Source: Nitrospinota bacterium
GTDB lineage: Bacteria > UBA8248
DNA: 64,000 bases
Assembly (NCBI GenBank): GCA_030754595.1
Contig: JASLZZ010000129.1
Coordinates: forward strand, 32,001-96,000
Direction of reading: 5' to 3'
Numbering within the stretch: the first letter of the stretch is position 1; the number at the start of each line of letters is the position of its first letter. Positions 50,731 through 58,924 of this stretch are shown here, in pieces. Both the position numbers and the translations under genes were made by a program. The notes below the pieces were generated by a model. It saw nothing but the letters and a program-made list of their open reading frames with translations, did not search any database and was not told the origin of the DNA.

Positions 50731-51450
50731 TCAATGTTTTTTGTCGCCCTTATCCGCCCAGGGGAGATTTTCCACCGCCCGGCGGCAATCCAGCTCGAGA
50801 GCGCCCTGGTCAAGGGTGCTCCGGGCGATGATGTGGGCCCCCTGTATCTGGCCGAAAAACGAACGGGCGATCTCCCCGCTCTCCGCTTTGGCGTCGAGCG
50901 CCCCCTCGGCCTGGGCCTCGCGGACCATCCCCGCGATTCCCTCGATCACCCCCTCCCAGACTTCCTTGAGCCGGAGGCGGAAGTCCTCGTCAAGCCCGCT
51001 GAGCTCGAGCGAGAGCTTGCCGATCGGGCATCCGCAGCAGGGAGACTCCGCCCGGGGCATATGGGAGTAAAGAGCCGCCAGCCGCTCGAGTTTTCCGCGC
51101 CCGCTGGACCCGCCAGCTAGGCGGGACCCACCTCGCCGGCGGGTCACCTCCTTGAGAACGGGCTCGATGAAATTTCGGTGAATGAGTTGCTCGTAGTGGT
51201 CGATGACGGCGAGGCCGAGGTTTTTTTTCGTTCGAAAGAAATAATAGAGGCTCCCCCTGTTCACCTCCACCTTCCGGGCCACTGTGTCGAGTGAGGTCCC
51301 CTGATAGCCCCGGAGATAGAACAGATCGGCCGCGGCGGCGACAATCTGATCACGCGTGCCGGGCGCCTCTTTTTTCTCAGCCTTCACAGCCGCCTTCACT
51401 TCCACCTTCGGTGGCACGGAAACATCCTCCCGGGAAGAAGGTAGGCTCAT
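50731..51450 (-). CDS. TetR/AcrR family regulator with a CCGCP motif
   Basis: HTH (LFYLRGYQGTSLDTVA…GSLYYFFRTK); C-terminal domain SPCCGCPIG. Confidence 0.88.
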   Translation of the reverse strand: MSLPSSREDVSVPPKVEVKAAVKAEKKEAPGTRDQIVAAAADLFYLRGYQGTSLDTVARKVEVNRGSLYYFFRTKKNLGLAVIDHYEQLIHRNFIEPVLKEVTRRRGGSRLAGGSSGRGKLERLAALYSHMPRAESPCCGCPIGKLSLELSGLDEDFRLRLKEVWEGVIEGIAGMVREAQAEGALDAKAESGEIARSFFGQIQGAHIIARSTLDQGALELDCRRAVENLPWADKGDKKH

Positions 51451-51470
51451 TTAGTTAGTTAGTCAACTAA
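51451..51470. promoter_or_regulatory. Inverted repeat abutting the tetR start (putative auto-operator)
   Basis: TTAGTT-N8-AACTAA in an AT-rich intergenic stretch. Confidence 0.45.
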
Positions 51471-51545
51471 GTGTTTCGACGATAAATATTTACGAAATTT
51501 ATCTCTTTGTTAACAATCAGATAGACCAGGTAAGCAATAAATTTT

Positions 51546-52493
51546 CTAGGGTAAATCCTCACACAGAGCGCCCAGGTGGGCCCCCACGGAGGAGGCCAGC
51601 GCATCGAGATTATACCCCCCCTCGAGTAGGCTGACGATGCGGCCCTCGCACACCTCGGCGGCCACTCCCATTGACACCCGGGTCATCCGGGCGAAGGACC
51701 CGCTCGTCAACCGGAGCCCGCCCAGCGGGTCGCCCCGGTGGGCGTCAAAGCCGGCCGAGATGATGAGAAACTCGGGGGCAAAGCCCCGGAGAGCGGCGGC
51801 CGCCTCCTCCTCGAAGCGCGCGAGGTAGGCGTACTCGGGCGTTCCCGGAGAAAACGTCAGGTTCAGCGTCGCCCCCAGCCCTTCGCCCTCGCCCCGCTCG
51901 TCCTCTAGCCCGCTTCCCGGATAAAGGGGGTGCTGGTGGAGGGAGACGAAGAAAACCTCTGGATCCTCCCAGAAGACATGCTGCGTCCCGTTCCCGTGGT
52001 GGACGTCCCAGTCCAGGACGGCCACCCGGCGCAGCCCGTGTTGTTCCTGAATATAGCGGACGAGAATCGATGCGGTGGCGAAGAGACAAAACCCCATGGA
52101 CTGAAACGGCAGGGCGTGGTGGCCGGGCGGGCGCATCGCGCAGAAGGCCGCCGGGTAGAGGCCGCCCGCCACCTCGTCCGCCGCCGTCAGCGCCGCGTCC
52201 ACCGCCCTCAGCGCGGCCGGGTAGCTTCCCTCGCTGATCCGCGTGTCCCCCCCGTCGAGCGCCCGGAAACCATGCTCATGGGCAGTGCGGACGAAGTCGT
52301 GGTGCCCGGTCTCGTGGACACGGAGGACCCAGTCCGCCGCGCCGTGCGGAACGATTGGCCTGTGCGCCAGCCTGGGCGCGCGCTCGCGCATTTTTTCGGG
52401 GTGAAGGCGCTCGGCCCGCTCGATGCACTCGACGTGGCGGCCGGTGCCGTGGTCGAGCGATGACTCATCCCAGAAATAGGCGATTTGGGCCAA
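51546..52493 (-). CDS. Histone deacetylase-family amidohydrolase
   Basis: RPPGHHA, GFC, DWDVHHGNGTQ, SAGFDAH..DPL, LEGGY. Confidence 0.93.
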   Translation of the reverse strand: MAQIAYFWDESSLDHGTGRHVECIERAERLHPEKMRERAPRLAHRPIVPHGAADWVLRVHETGHHDFVRTAHEHGFRALDGGDTRISEGSYPAALRAVDAALTAADEVAGGLYPAAFCAMRPPGHHALPFQSMGFCLFATASILVRYIQEQHGLRRVAVLDWDVHHGNGTQHVFWEDPEVFFVSLHQHPLYPGSGLEDERGEGEGLGATLNLTFSPGTPEYAYLARFEEEAAAALRGFAPEFLIISAGFDAHRGDPLGGLRLTSGSFARMTRVSMGVAAEVCEGRIVSLLEGGYNLDALASSVGAHLGALCEDLP

Positions 52494-52556
52494 AAAACGC
52501 TCCAGCGGGCGGCGAGCCCTCTGAGGGCGGCGGGTCCTGCGGGCAGCGGCGCGAAC

Positions 52557-53474
52557 CTAGACCAGGCGGACGCGCGGGTCCAGGTAGGAGTAAATGAAAT
52601 CGACGAGAAAATTGAGCGAGACGAATATCAGCGCGGCGATCGTCACCGAGGCCTGGACCAGCGGAAAATCCTTGGCGTAGACGGCCTGGATCATCAGCCG
52701 CCCGATGCCGGGCCAGGCGAAGATCGTCTCGACGATGACGGCCCCGCCCAGCATGTGACCGAACTCAAGGCCGATGATGGTGACGACGGGGATGAGCGAA
52801 TTCCGCAGGGCGTGGATGTGGATGATCGCCCACTCGGCCAGTCCCTTCGCCCGCGCCGTGCGTACGTAGTCCTGCCCCAGCACGTCGAGCATCGAGGAGC
52901 GGATGACCCGGGTGTTCCGCGCCAGTGAATAGGTCGCCAGCGTGATCGAGGGTAGGATCAGCTTTTCGAGCCCTCCCCTGCCGCTGACGGGCAGCCAGCC
53001 CAGATGCACCCCGAAAATCAGGATGAGCATGAGGCCCAGCCAGAAAACCGGCATCGCCTGCCCGAAGAGGGCGAATATCATGCCGCCATAGTCGTAAGGG
53101 GATCCGCGCATCGATGCGCTGATGATCCCCAGCGGGAGAGCAAGAACGATTGAAATGACCAGGGCCACGGCGGCCAGCTCCAACGTGGCCGGCACCCTTT
53201 CCATGATCAACTCGAAGGCGGGCTGGCGGTAGCGGAGGCTCTCGCCGAAATTGCCCTGCAAGGCGCGGCTCACGTAGGTCGTGTACTGAATGACCCAGGG
53301 CCGGTCGAGGCCCATGTCGTGGCGAAGCTTCCGGACTTCCTCGACGGTCCAGTCCTCCCCGACCAGGGTGTCGGTCGGGTCGCCCGAGAGAAACAGCACG
53401 GAAAAGGAGATGAAGCTCACCCCGATGACCACCAGGATGGCCCGGAACGCCCTCCTCACAAGATAGGAAACCAC
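52557..53474 (-). CDS. Peptide/nickel ABC permease DppB-like
   Basis: GLDRP..QY, ATLEL, DYVRTARAKGL, ETIFAWPGIG. Confidence 0.92.
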   Translation of the reverse strand: MVSYLVRRAFRAILVVIGVSFISFSVLFLSGDPTDTLVGEDWTVEEVRKLRHDMGLDRPWVIQYTTYVSRALQGNFGESLRYRQPAFELIMERVPATLELAAVALVISIVLALPLGIISASMRGSPYDYGGMIFALFGQAMPVFWLGLMLILIFGVHLGWLPVSGRGGLEKLILPSITLATYSLARNTRVIRSSMLDVLGQDYVRTARAKGLAEWAIIHIHALRNSLIPVVTIIGLEFGHMLGGAVIVETIFAWPGIGRLMIQAVYAKDFPLVQASVTIAALIFVSLNFLVDFIYSYLDPRVRLV

Positions 53475-53516
53475 CTATTTCTCTCCTGACCCAGAGCGGT
53501 CTAACCCGGCCTGAGG

Positions 53517-55088
53517 CTATTTCGCCGTCTTCAGGGCGATCGAGGGAAGGTAAATCCGCTCGTCTGGGCGCGGGAACCATTTGATGCGCGGGTTCAGCCC
53601 GTAGAAATCGTACTGGGTCCAGAGAAAGACCCAGGGCGCGTCTTCGTGGACGATGTTCTGCATCCGGTAGCTGATCTTCTTGCGCTCGGCGGGGTCGAAA
53701 GTCCGGCCCAACCTAATGTAGCTATCGATGAACTCGGGGTTCTTCCAGTCCGTCAGGTTGGCGTAGAGATTCGGCCGCAAAACGCCCAGGTCGAGTTCGG
53801 CGTTGAAGGCCGAGCTGAAGCCATGGAAATAGAGAGGCGAGAACCGCTTCTTCCACCTCCGGGAGAGATAGACCGACCACTCCAGCGGATTGACCTCGGC
53901 CTTGAGGCCCACCGCCCGGAGATTCGCCGCCACCGACTCGCACATCTCCTTGCCCTTGAGGTAGCGGGCGGCCGGCACATCGATCTTGAATTCGACCGGC
54001 TTGCCGTCCTTCTCGAGCACGCCGTCCCCGTCGGTGTCCTTCAGACCGGCCTCGGCCAGAAGCGCCTTCGCTTTCTCCTGATCGAAGGGGTAGGCCTCGA
54101 TCGAATCGTCCGCGTTGGGGTCGTTCACGACGGTCGCCAGGCGCGAGCCGTGGCCGTTGAGTACGCTCTGCGCGATCTGATCGAAATTGACGGCGTAGTT
54201 TATCGCCTGCCGGACCCTTTTGTCCTTGAAAACCTCGAAGCTTTGCCGAATGCCGAGGTAGATGCGGCGGCCGCCGTGAATGGCCTTGAGCTGGTTCCCT
54301 CTTTCCTCGCGGGCGAACATCGCCCCCTGATCGGGGGAAATGCTGGAAATAATGTCGGCCGCTCCCGCTTCGAGTTCGGCGATTCTCGCCGAAGCCTCGG
54401 GAACAGGGCGCCACAACACCTTTTTGATCTTCGCTTTGCCCCCCCACCACTCCTCGTTGGCTTCCATTTCGATAAAATCGTCCTTGACCCATTTCACCAA
54501 CTTGTAGGGACCCGTACCCACCGGCTTGCGGGAGACCTCCTTCGGAGACGTTTCAGTATAGTGCCCGGGCGGAAGCATGAACGAATTCACCAGCCAGATC
54601 GGCAGCGTCGCGACCGGCCGCTTGGTGTGGATTCGCACGGTGTGATCGTCCACGATCTCCACCCGGTCGAGCTCGATCCGCCTCGGGACGGTTGTACGGG
54701 TCTTGAGTTTTTTATCTCGCATCCGCTCGAAGGTGAATTCCACCGAGCGGGCGTTGAAGGGCTCGCCGTTGGTGAACTTCACTCCCTTGCGGAGGTAGAA
54801 TGTCCACACCTTCTTCGAATCGTCGACCTTCCACTTCTCGGCGAGTCCCGGCCCGAGCGTCATGTCGTCCCGGCGGACGACGAGGCCGTCGAAAATATTC
54901 ATCAAAAAACTCCATTCGACCGTCGATGAGGCGAAATGCGGGTCAAACGTGCGCGCCTCCACAGTGACCAGGATCGTCAAGGGACGGTCGGCCTTGTCCC
55001 CGCCGCAGGATTGGAGAACCAGCAGGGAAACCGCCAGAAGAGCCGCGCTCAAGAATCGTTTTGTCATTCTCCAAAGAACCTCCGCCAA
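53517..55088 (-). CDS. Peptide ABC substrate-binding lipoprotein (SBP family 5)
   Basis: Lipobox LQSC, LRKGVKFTNG, PVGTGPYK, VRQAINYA. Confidence 0.92.
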   Translation of the reverse strand: MAEVLWRMTKRFLSAALLAVSLLVLQSCGGDKADRPLTILVTVEARTFDPHFASSTVEWSFLMNIFDGLVVRRDDMTLGPGLAEKWKVDDSKKVWTFYLRKGVKFTNGEPFNARSVEFTFERMRDKKLKTRTTVPRRIELDRVEIVDDHTVRIHTKRPVATLPIWLVNSFMLPPGHYTETSPKEVSRKPVGTGPYKLVKWVKDDFIEMEANEEWWGGKAKIKKVLWRPVPEASARIAELEAGAADIISSISPDQGAMFAREERGNQLKAIHGGRRIYLGIRQSFEVFKDKRVRQAINYAVNFDQIAQSVLNGHGSRLATVVNDPNADDSIEAYPFDQEKAKALLAEAGLKDTDGDGVLEKDGKPVEFKIDVPAARYLKGKEMCESVAANLRAVGLKAEVNPLEWSVYLSRRWKKRFSPLYFHGFSSAFNAELDLGVLRPNLYANLTDWKNPEFIDSYIRLGRTFDPAERKKISYRMQNIVHEDAPWVFLWTQYDFYGLNPRIKWFPRPDERIYLPSIALKTAK

Positions 55089-55119
55089 ATGTCCCTACGC
55101 TAACAAAAAAGAAATTAGG

Positions 55120-56070
55120 TTAATAATCGTTTCGCAGCCGGGGGTCGAGATAATCCCTTAGCCAGTCGCCGATCAGGTTAATGCTCAAGACGGTCATCAT
55201 GATAGCAAGGCCCGGAAAGGTCGCCATCCACCACGAAACCCTCAGATACTCGCGGCCCTCGGAGAGCATGCTCCCCCAGGTGACGATGGTGGGAGGAACC
55301 CCGAGGCCCAGGAAACTCAGCGAGGCCTCCGAGATGATATTTCCCGCCACGGCGAAGCTGGCGATGATGATGAGCGGCGACATGATGTTGGGCAGTATCT
55401 GGAAAAAAAGCACCCGGTAGACGGGATACCCCAGCGCCCGCGCCGCCTCGACGTACTCCATCTCCCGCGCCGCGAGGACCTGGCCGCGCACGATCCTTCC
55501 GTAGGCCACCCAGCGGCTGATGCCGAGGACCACGATGGTGTTCGTCAGGCCGGGCCCCACCACCGCCATGATCGTGATCGCCAGGAGAATAAACGGAAAC
55601 GCGAGCTGGATCTCGGCGAACCCCATGATGAAATCGTCTATTTTTCCGCCGAAGTAGCCCGAGACCAGGCCCAGCACAATACCGATGATTCCCGAGAGGA
55701 CCACCGAGCTGAGACCCACGAGGATCGAAATCCGCGAGCCGTAAAGCAGGCGGCTGAAAATGTCCCGGCCGAGCGCGTCCGTCCCCAGAAAGTTGGCCGC
55801 CCTCCCCTTCGGCAACCAGGCGGGGGGCTTCAGGCGCTCGCTCACCTGCACCTTCGAGGGATTATGAGGGGAGACCAGGGGAGCGAAAATGGCGACAAAG
55901 AACAGGGCCACGAGAAAAACGGACCCGAAAAAAGCCGGCTTCGTCCGCACCAGGTTCGCAAATAAATGCTCCCAGGTCTGGGTGTCCACCGGCATGAAGT
56001 CGTCGGCCGTGGGAGGAAAAGGCTCGACCACGGTGCCCTCGGGGATTGGTTCGTCGTTTGGTTTAAGCAT
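55120..56070 (-). CDS. Peptide ABC permease DppC-like
   Basis: LGTDALGRDIFSRLLYG, EYVEAARALG, EASLSFLGLG, GDWLRD..DPR; start approximate. Confidence 0.92.
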   Translation of the reverse strand: MLKPNDEPIPEGTVVEPFPPTADDFMPVDTQTWEHLFANLVRTKPAFFGSVFLVALFFVAIFAPLVSPHNPSKVQVSERLKPPAWLPKGRAANFLGTDALGRDIFSRLLYGSRISILVGLSSVVLSGIIGIVLGLVSGYFGGKIDDFIMGFAEIQLAFPFILLAITIMAVVGPGLTNTIVVLGISRWVAYGRIVRGQVLAAREMEYVEAARALGYPVYRVLFFQILPNIMSPLIIIASFAVAGNIISEASLSFLGLGVPPTIVTWGSMLSEGREYLRVSWWMATFPGLAIMMTVLSINLIGDWLRDYLDPRLRNDY

Positions 56071-56280
56071 AGGGAATAATTGTTCCTGTAAAGCACCAAG
56101 CCTGAGCATTCTATCACAGGAAACTAGCCAGTGCGGGCGAACCCGGAGAAGCGGGAGACGGTTTGGTCCGCGAACCTCATGATCCATTTGCCGGAACAGG
56201 CCTTGAGCACTAGAATCCGAACAATTCCGCAAGCCGAATACGCTTCGGACGGATGCCCATTTTTCCCCGGGAGGGGTTCG

Positions 56281-57717
56281 TTGAATTCATCCGCCACGCC
56301 CGAATTTCAAAGCCGCCTTCTCGCCGCGGCTCCGCCCTCGGCGGAGTTTGGGTTCCAGGGCCTCCGGGCGGCCGATTCCATCGCCGTGGAGGCGAGCCTT
56401 CCGTTGAATTTCATTGTCGCCTGCGACTGGGGACTGGGCTGTGAGAGCTGGACCTCCCGTCTCAGATATTTCGCGGTCGAGCGGCCGCTGGAGAAAAGGA
56501 TCGTCTGGACCCACCGATCCATCGTCGAGGCCTACGATGGCGCCTGGGGGGACGGCCTCAAGCGCCACCTCACATCGGGCGAGGCGCCCCGCGTCGTCGT
56601 TCCCTACCGCTCGACCGAGTTCCTCGAACTCCTCGCCGCCGAATCCGGTGGGCTCGTCTCGGTCCTCGCGAACCCCCTGACGCTCAAAACCCGGCTCGAC
56701 GACAAGGTGGCCTTTCGCGCCGAGGCCGAGCGGCGGGGGATCGCCGTGCCTCCCGGCGAGGTCGCGGCGGTAGGCGAGCTCGAAGAGGGGCTTCTCAAGA
56801 AATGGGGGCCCCGCATTATCGTCAACGAGCAAATCGGTTCCTCGGGGAACCAGACCCATCTCATCGAATCGGCCGGCGCCCTCGCGGCCCTCAGGGAGCA
56901 ACTGATCGAAAAGTCGAGGGCGGACTCGCCGGCCACCGTGACCCGCTTTCTCGAGGGGCCCGCCATCGGAGCCGCCTCGTTCGTGTTCAGGGGCCGGCCC
57001 CGGATGTCCTACCCCTCGGCCATGATCACCGGTCTCCCCGGCTCCTCCATGCACCGCTTCGATTATGCCGGGAGCGACTACGGCGCCTTCCTCGGGCTCC
57101 CCGAGGCCGCCCGCTCGAAGATCAGGGAAAACACACTGGACATCGGAGAATGGGTGGCCGGGCTCGGCTACAAAGGCCTTTTCGGAGTGGATTACGTCGT
57201 CCATCGGGGCGAGCCCTTCGCCCTTGAGGTCAACCCGCGCCTCTTGGGAACGACCCAGCTCATGACCGAGCTCGAGCTTAACGAGAGCGCCGCGCCCTCC
57301 ACCACCTACTGGCATCTGGCCGAACTTCTGGGGGCGGGCGTGGAAGCCGACGAAACCTCGGCGGAGCTGGCGCAAATCGGCGCGTCCGTGCTCACCGGCT
57401 TTCAGCTCCTCCTCCGGAACACGCGGCCCCGCCCCGTACGGATTGGACGTGCTATAAACCCGGGGGTCTATATAATTGAAGGCGAAGCGCCGCGGCACAT
57501 CAGGAAAGGCCACCGAATCTTGGACCTCGAGGGGCCCGATGAGATTCTGGTCACCTGCTCGCCCCCCGCCGAGGGTACGGTGGTCGAGCCGCGCGGCGCG
57601 TTCTTCAAGCTCGAGGGTTTGGGCGGCCTTCTGGACGAAACCGCCGAGAAGGTGACTCCGCACACCACCCGGCTGGTCGAGTCCTTCACGGCCGCCCTCG
57701 AACTGACAACGGTTTAA
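56281..57717 (+). CDS. ATP-grasp domain protein
   Basis: LDDK, GSSG loop, FLEG, GYKGLFGVD, LEVNPR; TTG at 56281 after GGAGG. Confidence 0.85.
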   Translation: MNSSATPEFQSRLLAAAPPSAEFGFQGLRAADSIAVEASLPLNFIVACDWGLGCESWTSRLRYFAVERPLEKRIVWTHRSIVEAYDGAWGDGLKRHLTSGEAPRVVVPYRSTEFLELLAAESGGLVSVLANPLTLKTRLDDKVAFRAEAERRGIAVPPGEVAAVGELEEGLLKKWGPRIIVNEQIGSSGNQTHLIESAGALAALREQLIEKSRADSPATVTRFLEGPAIGAASFVFRGRPRMSYPSAMITGLPGSSMHRFDYAGSDYGAFLGLPEAARSKIRENTLDIGEWVAGLGYKGLFGVDYVVHRGEPFALEVNPRLLGTTQLMTELELNESAAPSTTYWHLAELLGAGVEADETSAELAQIGASVLTGFQLLLRNTRPRPVRIGRAINPGVYIIEGEAPRHIRKGHRILDLEGPDEILVTCSPPAEGTVVEPRGAFFKLEGLGGLLDETAEKVTPHTTRLVESFTAALELTTV

Positions 57718-57736
57718 TTAAAGAAAGGACTCACCC

Positions 57737-58924
57737 TTGACCGGCGTCGATTTTTTCTCCTCCACCGCGCGCGGATTGTTCCTGCGCGCGGGGGGCCTTG
57801 AGCGCGGAGCAGACGAGGTCCCCCTGTCCGTGGAGAACGTTCCGGCGGGTGCGGTCGTTCTCGCCGAGGTCGTCGATGTCCCCGCCCGCTGCCGGGTGGG
57901 GAACCTCGAGATCATCGAACCGGCCGCGGGCGCTGCCGACACCTGGCTCACGCGGGAGGTCGCCCTCATCCGGGGCCAAAAATTCGTGGGCGCCATCGGC
58001 GGCCGGTTCGCCAACCGCAGCATCAACGGCCACGCCCCCGCGCGGCCCGCCCCTCCCGGGCGCGAACTCGACCTGCTCAACACGGGAGGCGTAGTCGGCC
58101 TGTCCGCCTCGGCGGATCAGGCCACCGTCAAGCTCCGGGTGCTCGGCGGCGTCGAGCTGGGCGGCGGCCCTGCGGGCGGCGGTCCAACCTTCGTCTCCGA
58201 TCTGACCTCGATACCCGAGACCGCCGCCCCCGATGAAGACGACCCGGCGCCGGGGACCCCGCTGGTCCTGATCGCGGGATCGGACATGGACGTGGGAAAA
58301 ACCACCTGCGCCGCCTCGCTCGCGCTCTCACTGCGCGCGTCGGGTATCCGGGTGAGCTACGCCAAGCTGACTGGAACGGGACGGATGCGGGACCTGATGA
58401 AAGTTAGCTACGGCCGGCCGGAGGGGCACTTCGACTCAGACCGCCTGGGCTGGGATTTCGTCGACGCCGGGCTCGCCACCACCTTCGAGATCGGCCGGGA
58501 GGAGGTTCGCCGCCAGGCCAGGCGTCTCCTGAACCACGCGGCCCTGCGGGGGGAGGTTATCATCGCCGAAATCGCCGACGCCCCCAACGCCGAGGGCAGC
58601 ATCTACGTCGCCACGGACCCCTGGCTCCAGGGCTGGCTTCAGCGCTTCGGGCTCATCGTTTGCGCTTGCGACAGCGTTAGTTCTACCCTTACCGCTCAAT
58701 GGCTAAGAAGTCAGGTCGGCCTGGGCGATGAGGAAATCCTCATCTCCGGACTGGTGGCGAACGATCCCGCCACCCGCGAGGAAGTGGAGCTCGAGATAGG
58801 CCTCCGGACGGTGAGCGTCTCCGCCCCGAGTCAACTCTCCCACCACGGGGGGAAAACCCAGGGTGGCGCGATGGCTGACTGGGTGATTCGCCACATCATG
58901 AACCTGCGAAAGGCAATGCCATGA
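57737..58924 (+). CDS. DUF1611/DgcN-like P-loop protein
   Basis: LDLLNTGGVVG, GSDMDVGKTT, AKLTGTG..RD, DFVDAG..TT, EIAD. Confidence 0.7.
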   Translation: MTGVDFFSSTARGLFLRAGGLERGADEVPLSVENVPAGAVVLAEVVDVPARCRVGNLEIIEPAAGAADTWLTREVALIRGQKFVGAIGGRFANRSINGHAPARPAPPGRELDLLNTGGVVGLSASADQATVKLRVLGGVELGGGPAGGGPTFVSDLTSIPETAAPDEDDPAPGTPLVLIAGSDMDVGKTTCAASLALSLRASGIRVSYAKLTGTGRMRDLMKVSYGRPEGHFDSDRLGWDFVDAGLATTFEIGREEVRRQARRLLNHAALRGEVIIAEIADAPNAEGSIYVATDPWLQGWLQRFGLIVCACDSVSSTLTAQWLRSQVGLGDEEILISGLVANDPATREEVELEIGLRTVSVSAPSQLSHHGGKTQGGAMADWVIRHIMNLRKAMP

